Assembly (NCBI GenBank): GCA_965287045.1
Contig: OZ336883.1
Coordinates: 41,354,001 to 41,418,000 of the forward strand
Length of the DNA: 64,000 nucleotides
Direction: 5' to 3'
DNA from: Carcharhinus amblyrhynchos
Lineage: Eukaryota
Shown: positions 26,401 through 39,199 of the stretch, piece after piece
How positions within the stretch are numbered: the first letter of the stretch is position 1
How the letters are laid out: each line of letters opens with the position of its first letter
Position numbers and translations under genes: made by a program
Notes under the pieces: generated by a model
Seen by the model: only the letters and a program-made list of their open reading frames with translations
What the model was told of the DNA's origin: nothing
Databases searched by the model: none

Positions 26401-27859
26401 CCTGAAAGAAAGTCCAGTCAGGTAAAATCTGTTCACTTCAGAATTTTATTCTTACGAGCTTGATCTCTACTTATGAGGTTTCAGTGTGGATGATCTATTG
26501 AGCACTCCAGTGACCAAGTGATCAAATGTTTCTTGGAAAGATTTAATTTCAAGTCAATGACTATGGTGCATCCTGTAATATTTGTCTCTTTCATTGAAGC
26601 TAACTATTTCTTTTATCCTTGTTTGACACTGTTGCAGTTAGTACAGATGATATAATCCATCTGTTCTGTGAATCCCTTGCAGTGTTCTTAAATTAATTGA
26701 CATAACCTGAATTTTCATGCTTTTATCACCCATCGCCAAGCAGTATTGTGCTGGGCGGGAAATGGGTTGAGGATCTCTTAGACGGTATTTCAGTCCACTT
26801 TTTCTCCTCCCCACTTCTGTGTAACATTTCTATACATATTTTAGATGATATGGCAGGATACCATTTTTGTCATCACCATGTTGTTAATCTCGTATGTAAA
26901 TCACATCCCTAGAAAACAGGCATCTGAAGTTATTGGGGGGTAGGGCAGGAGTCAGTTGAGGTGCTCACCAGCTGGTATGAAAGTCTTTATTCAGTCTCCG
27001 ATGATTTTCATCATTGTTTTCTACTTTTGGCTCCTATTTCATGTCTGTGGTGCTTTTTTTTTGCTTGTTTACTCCTCACCTCTCCCATGTCCCTCTATGC
27101 AAGCTCTGTGAAAATGATAATGGCTGTTTCTGAGAATGCCTTCTATTTCTTTTGAAAGAATGAAGATGCAATGGAATGAGGATAGACTGGCTGAGTAGTA
27201 CAAAAGGCATATGGCAGCCACCTGCACTCACTCCAGAATATAAAACCTAATAGTAGCTGACCCAGGGACTTTGCTTTCAGAGGCTGTGCTTTAAGAGAGA
27301 TGCTATTAATGCCACATGTTGTAGCCCTATCCACATCCCACATGTGGCATATGCAGTGCATTTTCATTGGTTATGTAGACCACAGCCATCATTAAACTAT
27401 ATTTTTGCATCTTACGTACTGCCAGTGGATCAACAGCATTGTTATCTAATCAGCTGTGCACAAATGTATAGGTCCATTGTTGATCTGTTGCAAGTTGAAG
27501 CTAACCAATCCATTGAGTTCCTTATGGGTAAATGGTAGTAATGTGGAACCCTCTAATTTTGTCAGGTTTCTGAATTCATCATTCACATCCACATGGCCAT
27601 ACGTGTTGCCATTATCAGGTACATCACTTGTGTCCATTCTTCTAGTGTAACTTGAGCTCATCCAATTCTCTGCTGCCAATATCCTAATTCACACCAATTC
27701 TCATTCATTCATCACTGCTGTGCGTGCTGACCTATATTGATTCCTGGTTGGACAACACAATTTTTTTTACTCCCTTTAATTCCCTCCATGGCTTTTCCTT
27801 CCATATGTTTGTAACCTAATCTAGACCTCTGCACACCTACAATTGTTGAACATCTAGAA

Positions 27860-28260
27860 GATGGGTCAGGTGTTTGATGGAATACTTTCCACTTGCCTGG
27901 ATGAGTGCAGCTCCAACAACACTCAAGAAGTTCAACACTATCCAGAACTAAGCAGCCTGGTTGACTGATATCCCATCTTCATCCTTCGCTACTGTCATCA
28001 TTCACTGTCTCCATCACCAACGCACAGTGGCAGCTTTGTGTACCATCTACAAGATGCACTGCAAGAACTCACCAATGCTCCTTCAACAAACCTTCCAAAC
28101 TTGCAACCTCTACCATCTAAAAGGACAAGGACAGCAGGTATGTGGGAACACCACCACCTGCATGTTCCCCTCCAAGCTACATATCATGCTGACTTGAAAC
28201 TATTATTATTCCTTTACTTTGTTGGGTCAAAATCCTGGAATTTCTTTCCGAATAGGATTC
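27860..28260 (+). mobile_element. LINE RT C-terminal fragment (CR1/L2 group); related minus-strand copy at ~41720-42060
   Basis: MEYFPLAWMSAAPTTLKK-like peptide; IYKMHC motif in ORF 27961-28197. Confidence 0.65.
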
Positions 28261-28389
28261 TGGATTTTTTCAGAACCACTTGGTCCAAACCTGAAGAATA
28301 GAGCTGAATTCCAGAGGTGAATTGAGAATGACAGTGCTTGCCAATAAGGTAGTATTTGAATGAGTGTAACACCAAGGAGCCTTGGTAAA

Positions 28390-29930
28390 ATAAAAGTCAA
28401 TGGAAAGTGGGAAGGGTTGGGGAAGAAGCTGCCCACTGGCTAGAATCCAGGTTCAGGTTGTTAGAAGCCAATCATCTCAGCCCTAGTACATTGCTGCAGG
28501 ATTTTTCTCAGGGTAGTATCCTAAGCCCAGCCTTTTTAACTGTTTTATCAATAGCTTTCCCTCCATCATAAGCTGTAAAGTGGGATGTTCTTTGATGATT
28601 GAAAAGGTTCAGTTCTATTCATAGATCCTTAGATAATGAAGCGATCCCTGATGACATGGAGCAAGACATGGGCAACATTCAGGGTTGAGTTGATAAATGG
28701 TAAGTAACATTCACACCACCCAATATCCAGGCCAGAGCCATCCCCTACAAGAGAGATACTAAATTTAAAGGCTTCACTTTTTAAGAAAGCACTGCAGTCA
28801 GATTCAAGGTAATTTCATCTGGTTTTGATGTGTGCCAGAATTTCTTTGCTGATTTTAATGGCAGGGTGGTCATAGTGCAATGGACTTCCAAAAACTACTT
28901 GACGGACTTTTGAGCAAATTTAGAACTCGTGGACTACAAGGAACAGTAGCAACATAAATAAGAAATTGACTCAGTAATGTTCATGGATGTTTTTCAGACT
29001 GGGAGAATATTTATAGTCAAGTTTCCCAGAGGTTGGTATCAGGGTCCCTGCTCCTCTTGATATATATTTATGACCTGGACCTTGGTGTACATGGCATTAT
29101 TTCAAAATTTGTGGACAATACAAAATTTGAAGTATAAACTGTGGGAGGATAGTGTAGAGCTTCAAAAGGTCACAGGTTGATAGAATGATTGGACATATGG
29201 CAGATGAAATTTAATGCAGGGAAACATGAAGTGATTCATTTTGATATGAAGAACACAGGTAGACAATTTTAGAAATCAGGTACAATTCTAAAGGTGGTGC
29301 AGGAGCATAGCGACCTAGGTGTTATATCCATAAATCATTGAAGGTGACAGGACAAATTGAGAGTATGTTTAACAAAACATACAACATTCTAGGAACTATT
29401 AATAGTGATATAGGTAAGGACGTTAAACTTGTATAGAACTTGTTTGGCCTCAATTGGAGTGTTTTGTCCCGTTCCAGGCCTCGCATTTTAGGAAAGATGT
29501 GAATGATTCCATGATGGGGCACTTCAGTTACATAAATAGATTGGAGAAGTTGGGCCTGTTTTTCTTGAAGAAGGTAAGGTTGAATAGGGTTATTCATCAT
29601 GAGGGGTCTGGACACAGAACATAGGAAGAAACTGTTCCCATTGGTAGAGGTATTGCGAACCAGAGGGCTCAAATTGAAGGTAATTGAGAAAAGAAACAAT
29701 GGTGAATGAGGAAATGCAGCAAGTTATTATGGAATGCACTGTGTGAGAGTGTGATAGAGGCAGATAAAGTCAAAGCTTTCAAGAGGGAATTGCATTATTT
29801 GAAACAGAAGGATGTATCGGGCTGCTGGGCGAAGTTGGACAATTGGCATGAGGTGAATTGCTCCTTGGGCAAGCCAGCACAGTTGCATTGGACCAAGTGG
29901 CAGCCTCCTGTGCTGTAACCTTCTCTGATT
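28390..29930 (+). mobile_element. Two adjacent degraded CR1-type RT/3' fragments
   Basis: SQGSILSP, FSKFVDNTK and WQMKFNA remnants, plus 3' end ggaccaagtggcagcctcctgtgctgtaa. Confidence 0.65.
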
Positions 29931-30029
29931 TTGCAATTTATTAAGTAAAGATAATTCACTTACTTATTTCAATGTACAATGATGGCTGTCAGTATCTCTA
30001 ATATTTTAAGAGTCAGTTGTGTCTAGGTT

Positions 30030-30430
30030 TGCTGTGGGTTCAATTTTCACTCCAGAAACTTGAGAACAGAATGTAGATTGATGGTTTCGAGCCATAATGA
30101 GAGAATGCTACTTTGCTGTCTTTCAGATGAGACATTAAACAAAGGTCTGCCCTCTCAGGGCACTTTCCTAAAGTCCGCTTCAATGCTCACCCTCCACAAA
30201 CACACAAAAGAATGGGTGTTCTGGCCATTTTCACATTGCTGGTTGGTATTTGCATATTGACTGCTGTGTTTTTCACATTACTGGAGAAATAAGAGCAAGA
30301 TTAGGTTTTTCGAGGTGTTCCTCCATCCAAAAACAGCAAAGCTGATCTTCCACCTCACTTCCACTTTCCCATGGTTGTAAAGCACTTTGGGCATCCTGAG
30401 ATTATGAATAATGCAATATAAATTGAATTC
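30030..30430 (+). mobile_element. Deu-domain SINE remnant
   Basis: ctgtctttcagatgagacattaaac..ctgccctctcagg core and gtaaagcactttgggcatcctgag tail. Confidence 0.6.
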
Positions 30431-32180
30431 TATTTTTAAAAGTTGTTTTCTAGAAAATAGAGACTTTAAGCTGACAAATCCATGAACTATAGAATCTTAT
30501 TTATATGCTTACAGCATAAAGAAAAAAAGCATAATATATGATTAAATCTTATCAAATATATCCTTATTGCTAATTGTTAACCTTTCATACAAGTTCTCAC
30601 TCATCTGTCAATGTTATTTGTTAGTGATACATTTAACAGTGAGATACTGTATTTATCTGAGACTAATATGGTTCATATAAGTGCTCTTTATTCCCAGTAA
30701 TGTTTCATACACTTGTACTTTTTGGTGTTTGTTTTCTTTAAAATAATTTGTAACGACAGTTGCAAATTAATCCTATCACATTGCTGAATAGGAATCCGAG
30801 TGACTGCTTAAGCAAATAAGTTCATTTGTCTTAATTGGGTAGTACAGTGGCTGAGAGCTTATTTAGCATACAGAACGATGGTTTGATTTATTTCAGTTCA
30901 CTGATTACCATTCTCAGTTGCACTCTTGTTGGAAGGATCCAACCAAAGCTCAGATGTTCTCTACAGAGAATGGGAAAGTGTGAGCTAAATATTCTTAAGG
31001 TTGCATTTGTGAACAACTATTTTAGTGTTACATTGTATAAATGTAAGATTGCTCAATGAATATTCTAAATTTATTAATTTTGTTCATCATTCCCAAACAA
31101 ATGTTCTGCAGGTTTTCAATGGAAATGCAATCTGATTTTGTGCTTTCAGAGCGGTTCCAAATCACACTATATTCCTGAGGTCTGCTAGAAGCAACATTTA
31201 AATAAATCAGTAAATTATTGTCATAGCTTCTACTAAAATGTAAAATATTTTAAAGAGAATGGAGGCTTGGTGGGTAGAGATTTTGTTATTTTGGCAGATG
31301 GCAAAGTGCCATGAAGATAATTAAGCTGTGGGACATTGTTAAAGCTACTTTGAAGCCAAAATTATCAAGTTGAAAGAAGTAAGGACTTACCACATCCATT
31401 TTCAATATTCTATTTCTTTAAAAAGAAGGGATTTTTTTAGTTTGCAATCTGTTCATTGTTTTCTATTCTTTCATGGGATGTGGGCAAGGTTTGCATTAGT
31501 TGTCCTTCCTTAATTGCCCTTGAACTGAGTGGCTTGCTGAACTATTTCAGAGGGCATTTAAGAATCAGCCACATTGGTGTAGATCTGGAGTCACAGGTTA
31601 GCCTGACCAGATAAAGGTAGCAAATTTCCTTCCTTAAAGTTCATTGGTGAACCAAATTATGTTAACACAACAGTAGAATCATGTTGCTGCTTTGAAAAAT
31701 CGTATATGAGATTTAAGTCACATCAGTTGCAGTATATGCTCCCAGGAAGATACTATCTGCCTGAAAGAAGATGTCCCTGTTTGTACCGTTCCAAAAATAG
31801 CATCTTGAAATTTGTGAATTTACTTCAAACCATCTGCCATTGCACTAAGCAGGAATTGTATTCCTTAACTCACAATAAATTTCCAGTTTATTTCAGGCAT
31901 CAGAATCAGTTTCTGGGGATCTGTATGTACAGCTCAATGACTAGAAGCTGATGATGTACCCATTTTCCTGAGACAATTCGGTGTCTTTTATGTAAAGACT
32001 TATCAGAGATGGTCTGTATCAGTGAACTGGTTTTATGAAGCTATTGTTGACTGGAAGAATTCAGAATATTTTCTTAGAAAAGCATTTTGACAGCATAGGG
32101 ATAATGGAGGAATTGAGGTGGAAATGTGTGTCATTGTCATATGTATAGATGTAATACCCATTTATTTTTGGTATTGGAAG

Positions 32181-32288
32181 GCTGTAGAGATGATAAATGG
32201 GACAGAAAGATAGGTACTGCTGAAGCTGCTCTGGTTAATTCAGATAGCTACACGCAAATCGTGACTAACATTGATCTGAAGAGGTACA
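32181..32288 (+). CDS. Candidate symmetric (phase 1/1, 108 nt) exon, possibly of KIAA0586: GCRDDKWDRKIGTAEAALVNSDSYTQIVTNIDLKRY
   Basis: Open in the phase left by exon 23296-23472. Perfect gtaagt donor, but a mediocre acceptor (tttatttttggtattggaag). No recognisable homology. Confidence 0.35.
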
Positions 32289-32699
32289 GTAAGTAAAATA
32301 TTTAATTTATTTAAAATGTCTCTGGAATCTGTATAATCCAAGAAAGTTGCACATGCAACTGATGCATGTGCTTAAAAATCTTTTCAAACATTCTGAAAAA
32401 CAATTACAAATATCCTGGACATTTTAAAGGAATTATAAGTTTTTTTTAACTGTTTCTAGGTCAAAGGATGTCACCTACTCCTGAGAAAAGTTAACTTCAT
32501 CATAGTAAAGTTAGTACAGCAAATTGTTAACATGATAAACACTTTAACAACTAGTGTATTACACTTTACGCAAGTAACAACCATATCACTTCGTATTTAC
32601 AAAACAAGGTTCATTGCAAACATAGTGTTATTTTACAATCTTATACGTTTACCTGGCTTTAAGATATTGTTGCCCCTTGATTTTCAAACTCTTATCAAA

Positions 32700-35520
32700 G
32701 CATTTGCAATCATATTGTTTCAGGTGGCGACATGTACAATATTTTAGTGTAAATGGCTACAACAAATTCCACTAAAAGCCATTTGCTTCTTGGTTTTGAA
32801 CTTTTGTATTGCTTTTTATTAAAATCTGTATTGGACTTTGTACAGTGAGAATCCTTGATCAGCATTTGTGATAGACCCAAAGATTTTACAATTTGTTTGT
32901 TCTGATTAACTTTCTCAAGTACAACATTCCTGAATCCTAGCAAAGCATCTTGCTTCTGGGTACTGGTGGCTGTGAATTGGAATTCAAGAAGAAATTCTCT
33001 GTCATATCACTTCTTACCCTCTGGATTCAACATTACCTTTATTCTTCTTTAAATCCAGGCAATAAATTGCCATCAGGATTTTCACATTTTCAAACAGACT
33101 CTGTGCCTTCTGTTCAGGATTTGGCTTCTGATCTCCATTCTCTTCCATGTCTAATTTCTGGGAAGTTCCTTTACTAGCCAACCATCCAAATTGTTGCTTC
33201 TAACAGTTAAATTCACCTCACCTTGCCTAAATTCAGGATTATCTCCTATTTATTATATTTACAAGTTATCCTCCATGATTTGGTTTTCTCTTCCAGGGAA
33301 CACCAGTTTAACAATGCCTTCTTTTGTTGTTCAATCTTATGTCAAGAACAATCCTCTTTTGCTGCTTTACTTTGTTCATGTTAGGTCAATATTGAGCCAA
33401 AAAAGCTTGCTAGTCCTGTTTATTTAGTTCTCAATTTTTCTTAATTATTTTTGCTTTTTGTTCCCTACTGTGAAGCTGTGCCTCATTTCTTTCCAGTAAG
33501 AGTGATTGTGTCTTTATTTTGAATTAAGAGCATGTATCCTTCCTTGCACCTCTATAGTGTCATCATTGGACAAAGCTTTTGACTCTCCTTCAAATTATGT
33601 TTTCCTTCTATTTCATCATTAATTTTAAGTACTCTTGTCATCTGCTTTGTCTCATCTTGTTCACACTTTTTCTGCATTTTTTAATTCAGGTGACTTTAAC
33701 TCATCTACTCTACAGCTGCCAATGTTGTTAAATTAATCTGGCTAAACGTCTGACTCTTTGGACACATCTTTAGTTGAAACATTGATTTTCACATCCTGTT
33801 TACTGAAAGTTATTGATTATTTTAAGTCTCTCAGCTTTTCCTGTACAACTTCACTTTCAACACCCACAACATGCTTTTGTGAAATGACTGGAGAAAATAA
33901 TACCTTCTTCCCAACCACACCATTTCCTCACAAGAAGTCAACATCTTCGGTGGGTAAAAGAGGGAATGATACCGACAGTAATAGGACCAATGACTAAACC
34001 ACATTTTAAATTAACATTATATACAGGAATGGGTAAACAATTTCCATCAATACTCTGAATCAATAGTTCGAAATTCAGTATATCTTTTGGAGAAAGCTTC
34101 ATGCCACCATCAATACCAGTGACTGTGCTGATGCTGTATCTATAAGGATAGTAATCGATTAGCCTGGCTACCCTGAAGAGCATGGTATATTTCACTCAGG
34201 GGCAAAAGAAAATTCCATAACTTTCCATCACCTGATTTGTCCTCAGTGAATATGGGAGATGTTTGTTGCTTGAATTTACTAGCTTGGACATTATCAGCTG
34301 GAGGAACAATACTTAACTGGACAAACATGATAGGCTCAGTTTTTCCTAAAGAGGTTATTCTGGATCATCCTCACCCTTTCCCACCAATGTATGCATTTTG
34401 GAACCTTTCTCTTTCCAAACTTAATTTTTCCTTCTCTAAATGTATTTTTTCTCTTTCCATTTTTAAAAATTTCTGATTGAAGTCTCGCTAGTTCTATTTG
34501 ATTACTAGCAGAACCGTCCTTTTTTTTCCCAACATCATCTGATGAGCCAATTCTTGAACCATCTCTGCCTTTTTCACTCCTACTTTTAAGCTGACACCAA
34601 TTTCATGTGCTGCAGCCTTCAGATTATCCTTTGTCAACTGTTCCAATTCCTGACTCTTCACCAAGGCTTGAGCATTCAAGGCATTTGTGTTGATTCCCAA
34701 TGAATACAGTAAAAGTAAATGTGAAATTTTGTTTGTTGAAGTTGTGGAAAATTCCAGTGATCAGATTTTGCAGCCTAATGGAAGTCTATCCTGATGAGAC
34801 CCATGGAGACTAACAAATCAAAAGGATCCCAATGAATAAAAATGGCCAAAGTTTCACTTCTATGGTTTTTACTTTAACAATCAAACCAAAATGAACATAA
34901 CTTAAGCATGAATTAACAGGCAAATTGAAGTAAATGTAAGTTGTAAATTGCATTTTAAATTGTGGATATAGAAAGGTGGCGATCTCAGTTTCTCAGATAG
35001 CCATTCAGCAAATATGGCAACAATCACAGCCATAAGAGTCCTTCAAAATTCTGTCTCCCTCAGTTAGAGCTCCAGTTTATTTACTTAGAGGGATAGAAAT
35101 CAGGGTGAAACAAACAAACCAAATCAGTTAGTACACAGCCAGAATTCAAAGTTGTCTTCAGTACAATATAATGATCTTCCATTATAGCGAATGGCTAGTA
35201 GCTCTACTTTCGCCACTGACACAAGTGTGCTACATACTGGCAGAAAAGCCTTCATCAGAGCTGAGGCATCAGAAAAGAATTGAGAGCTTTGAAAAGCATT
35301 TTTGTACCTTTGCCTAAATATAATTGCTTCTCTTCTGAAAAGAAAGGGAACCTGACAGTGTTAGAAATGCGGTCCAAGTTCAGAGTGAATTGAGAACAGA
35401 CGATGCTCTTTGAGGCTTGCGTTAAGAGCTAGGTTTCTCCCCAGTTAGGAGTGGCTTTTGGACAGGGAAAGGACCAAGAAGGGCAAAGTGACTGATCTTT
35501 GATATCACAATAAAACAGTT
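32700..35520 (-). mobile_element. Degraded Gypsy (Gmr1-like) element: LTR/leader ~34800-35520, gag and protease remnants
   Basis: ORF 34494-34700 resembles a gag N-terminus (LTKDNLK..KKAEM). ORF 33938-34195 resembles a protease-adjacent region (LPIPVYNVNLKCGLVIGPITVGI). Shares catgaattaacaggcaaa with the LTR-like block at 38100-39070. Confidence 0.55.
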
Positions 35521-36850
35521 GTGAATCATCAGAATGTCTTCTGCTGCCTAATTCAGTAAATGGATATTCATTTGTAAAATGGCCATCATCTCTTTTGATG
35601 CTCCTCTGCTGCTAAATTTTTAGACTGCTTATTCAACATCCAGTACTGGATGAGCAGAATTTTTTTTCAGTTAAGTAATGGGAAGATGAAATTTTGTTTT
35701 TTTGGTCTCTGCTCCAAACTCTGTTGCCTAGCCACTGACTCCATCCCTCCCCCGGCAACTGTCTAGTAATTAACCAGACTGTTCGTGACCTCAGTGCCAT
35801 ATTTTACACTGACATGATATTCTCTGCATATCTATGCCATCTTTCAGATCACCTGTTTTCACCTTTGTAATAATGTCACCCAATTTACCCCTGCCTCAGC
35901 TCATCTGATACTGAACATTTACTGATACCTTTTGTTATCTTTAGACTTGACTATTCCAATACGTATCTGGCGGCTTCCCATATTCTACCTTTAGTAAACT
36001 TGAGATCATTAAAAACTTTGCTCTCTCAATCCTAAATCCAGTTCATCTTGCACTCCTATGTTTGCCGATCTTCATTGGCTCCCAGTCAAGCAATGTTTTG
36101 ATTTGTAAATCCTCATCCTTCTTTTCAATTCCCCCCCATGCCATGCCCTCTCCACCTCTATAATCTTGTTCAGCCCCACAATCTTCAGAGATATCAATGA
36201 TCATCTAATTCTGGCCTTGTTGAGCATTCACATTATAATCACTTCACCATTGGTGGCTGTAACTTTACCTATCTAGGCCCTAAGCTCCCTGGAATACCCT
36301 TTTTCAATTTCTCTCTATCCCTCTCCTTCTTTAAAGATACTCCTTAAAATCTACCCTTTTGATCAAGCTTTTGGGCACCAGACAATATCTCCTTATGTAG
36401 CTGGGTGTCATATTGTAATGCTTTGTGAAGTGCCATGAGATATTTTAAGACATTAAAGGTGATATACAAATATAATTCATTGTTGTTGAGAAATGAAAGG
36501 GTGTTAATGTAGCACCTCTGATGAAAAAGAGTGAGGTTGCCCAATATAGAAAGTGTATCAGCTTCTAAATGCCCTAATGTGGAATGCAGTTGTTTCTCAT
36601 TTAAAAAGTCGTGGGTTAATTAAGAACAGTGCACATGATTTATAAAAGGCAAGTTGAGTCTGACAAACTGAATATTGTTCCTGAAGGAAATAACAGTGTT
36701 TAGATCACTGAAAGGAAATGGATGGTGCGTATATAATGATTTTTGAAAGGCACCATTTGATAACATCTATGTTGGAAGCTTGCTGAGCTTAAAAAAAAAG
36801 TGTGATATTACTGGTAGTATGAACAATCTGGTGGATTGTTCCACATTATA

Positions 36851-37691
36851 AATGATGTGGAGATACTGGCGTTGGACTGGGATAAACACAGTAAGAAGTC
36901 TCTCAATACCAGGTTAAAGTCCAACAGACTTATTTGGTAGTGTAAGCTTTCGGAGCGCTGCCCCTTCATCAGGTGAGTGGGTTCACAAACAGGGCATATA
37001 TAGACACAAATTCAATTATAAGATAATGGTTGGAATGTGAGTCTTAAAGGGTAATCAAGTCTTTACAGGTGCATACAGTGAGTGGAGAGAGGGTTAAGCA
37101 CAGGTTAAAGAGGTGTGAATTGTCTCAAGCCAGGATAGTTAGTAAGATTTTGCAACCCTAGGCAAGTCACGTGTGATCATTCATCCGTTAATGCCTCTTG
37201 ACAATTACCAGGCAGGAGTGTTCCCTTCCTGTTGGGAAACAGTTCAGCAGTCAAGGTCATTCAGCGTCTGATCTTCGGGTAAGCGTTCTCCAAGGCTGCC
37301 TTCAAGACAGATGACACAGAATTGCCGAGCAGAAACTGATAGCCAAGTTCCTCACACATGAGGATAGCCTCAACCGGGATCTTGGGTTCATGTCACACTT
37401 TCTGTAAACCCCATGACTTGCCTCAGCTTGCAAAATTTTATTAACTGTCCTGGATTGAGACAATTCAAATGTCTTTAACCTGTGCTTAACCCTCTCTCCA
37501 CTCACATTGAGATTTGATTACCTGTTAAGAGTTCCATTCCAACCATTATCTTCTAATTGAGTTTGTGTCTTTTTATGCCCTGTATGCGAACCTAATTCTC
37601 CACTCACTTGACGAAGGGGCAGCGCTTTGAAAGCTTGTGCTATCAAATAAACCTGTAAGGCTTTAATCTGGTGTTGTGAGATTACTTACTG
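36851..37691 (+). mobile_element. 5'-truncated Penelope-like element: GIY-YIG C-terminus plus inverted pseudo-LTRs with hammerhead cores; TSD CACATTATA
   Basis: 37215-37400 translates to LPVGKQFSSQGHSASDLRVSVLQG..IAEQKLIAKF.THEDSLNRDLGFMSH. Arms ~36889-37165 and ~37415-37691 are inverted. cacattata occurs at 36842-36850 and 37692-37700. Confidence 0.85.
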
Positions 37692-37708
37692 CACATTATA
37701 TGTAGAAC

Positions 37709-38036
37709 AGGTGGCATAGTGGTTAGCACTGCTGTCTCACAGTGCCAGGGACCCGGGTTTGATTCCCAGCTTGGGTCACTGTCTGTGTGGAGTTTGCACT
37801 TTCTCCCCGTGTCTGCATGGGTTTTCTCTGGGTGCTTCAGATTCCTCCCGCAGTCCAAAGATGTGTGGGTTAGGTGGATCGGCCATGCTAAATTGCCCCT
37901 TAGCATTGGTGGTGGTTGGGGGGGGGGGGGGGGGGGGGGACAAGCTAGGGGTTATGGGGATAGGGCCTGGGTAGGATTGTGATCGGTGCAGAGTCAATGG
38001 GCCAAATGGCCTCCTTCTGCACTGTAGAATTCTATA
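37709..38036 (+). mobile_element. HE1-type V-SINE (tRNA head, V domain, HER1/CR1-derived tail)
   Basis: A box gtggcatagtggttagc, B box gggtttgattccc, V core tgggttttctctgggtgcttcagattcctcccgcagtccaaagatgtg, tail gggccaaatggcctccttctgcactgta. Confidence 0.85.
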
Positions 38037-38099
38037 ATATGAGTACAAAATCCATACAATGACTGAGAAGACAGGAAAAGAAACTGAGACTCTTCATTA

Positions 38100-39070
38100 T
38101 GTTACAATCTGGTTCGAGGCCACTAACTTTAAAGTAGACACATTTTGAAATCCCAGTTACCACTAAGAAACCCACAGTTTTAAGCAAGCAACTTAGCTTT
38201 GCTGTACAAATTCAGAAAAGTAAATCTATTTACAATATCTAGCTTATACGCTAACATTCAGAATTAACATGAAGTAAACATGAATTAACAGGCAAACTGT
38301 GGTTGAACCACACCATTATGCAAATTAAATGGCAGATGTGACCAAGACAGATCCCTTTAATTTCTTAGCAATCCACTAGATGTCAGTGACCACTGTGAAT
38401 CACAATACCTTATTAAAACTGTCTCCCATACAAGAAATTTGAACTGTTAGTTTTGAAGATCAAACCTCTGAATTCCTTCAAAAGCTGCCTTGACTCTGAA
38501 CTGTTCACCTCCCGATGGGTCAATCACTTCTCCTGAGACTGCTTTTCACAGAATGCGCTTCCACCTCTGAATTACTGGCATAATTCCAAGTGTTCTGCAG
38601 ACTGCTAGCTTCAAAAAGCTCCAAGTTTCTCCAAACTCCAGTCTTCCGGTTCCACTGAGCTATAAATGACTCCCAGGACTCTCTGAGCCAGATCTGCCTC
38701 AAATGGAACCAGTGACCTTCCACCATCCTCTCAGCTCCCCAGACTTCTCTGAGCCCTAGCTGCCTTGAGTCTGGTAACAGTTCCAGTGCTTCTTGTTGAG
38801 CTGCAAACCACATAAGATCCAAAAGTGTGACTCAGCTGCACTGAATGGTTCCTAGGGCTTTCCTGAGCCCTAACTGCTTGGAGCATACTAAGAGCTGCAC
38901 CTTTTCAGTATCGAGCCTCTTCCCCTGCTGCAAAAAATTCAAGTGAAATCAGAGAATCTTCTTAAACTCCACTCATCTCCATGGCGATATGTCAGAATTT
39001 ACTGAATGCCTTTAAACTAGTTTAACTCTAACTCCCAAAGAAAGTGCTAAGTAATTTGAGTGAAAGGACA
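38100..39070 (-). mobile_element. LTR-like sequence related to 34800-35100
   Basis: Starts with tgttaca and shares the motif catgaattaacaggcaaa. Non-coding. Confidence 0.4.
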
Positions 39071-39199
39071 ACACTAAGTAACTAACTATATTGAATCAGT
39101 ATAATCAATGAGATATCAAAAGATAAATTAACTTAATAGTATACCATCATTAAAAAGAAAAAGTTAAAGAAAAATCTGGTAGATGTAAATAATAAATAG

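Noticed and set aside
27309-27350. Hairpin ATGCCACATG...CATGTGGCAT
   Set aside because: Only a 10-bp stem, which is compatible with chance in 64 kb.
37709-37780. tRNA gene
   Set aside because: The A and B boxes belong to the head of an HE1-type SINE; there is no full cloverleaf.
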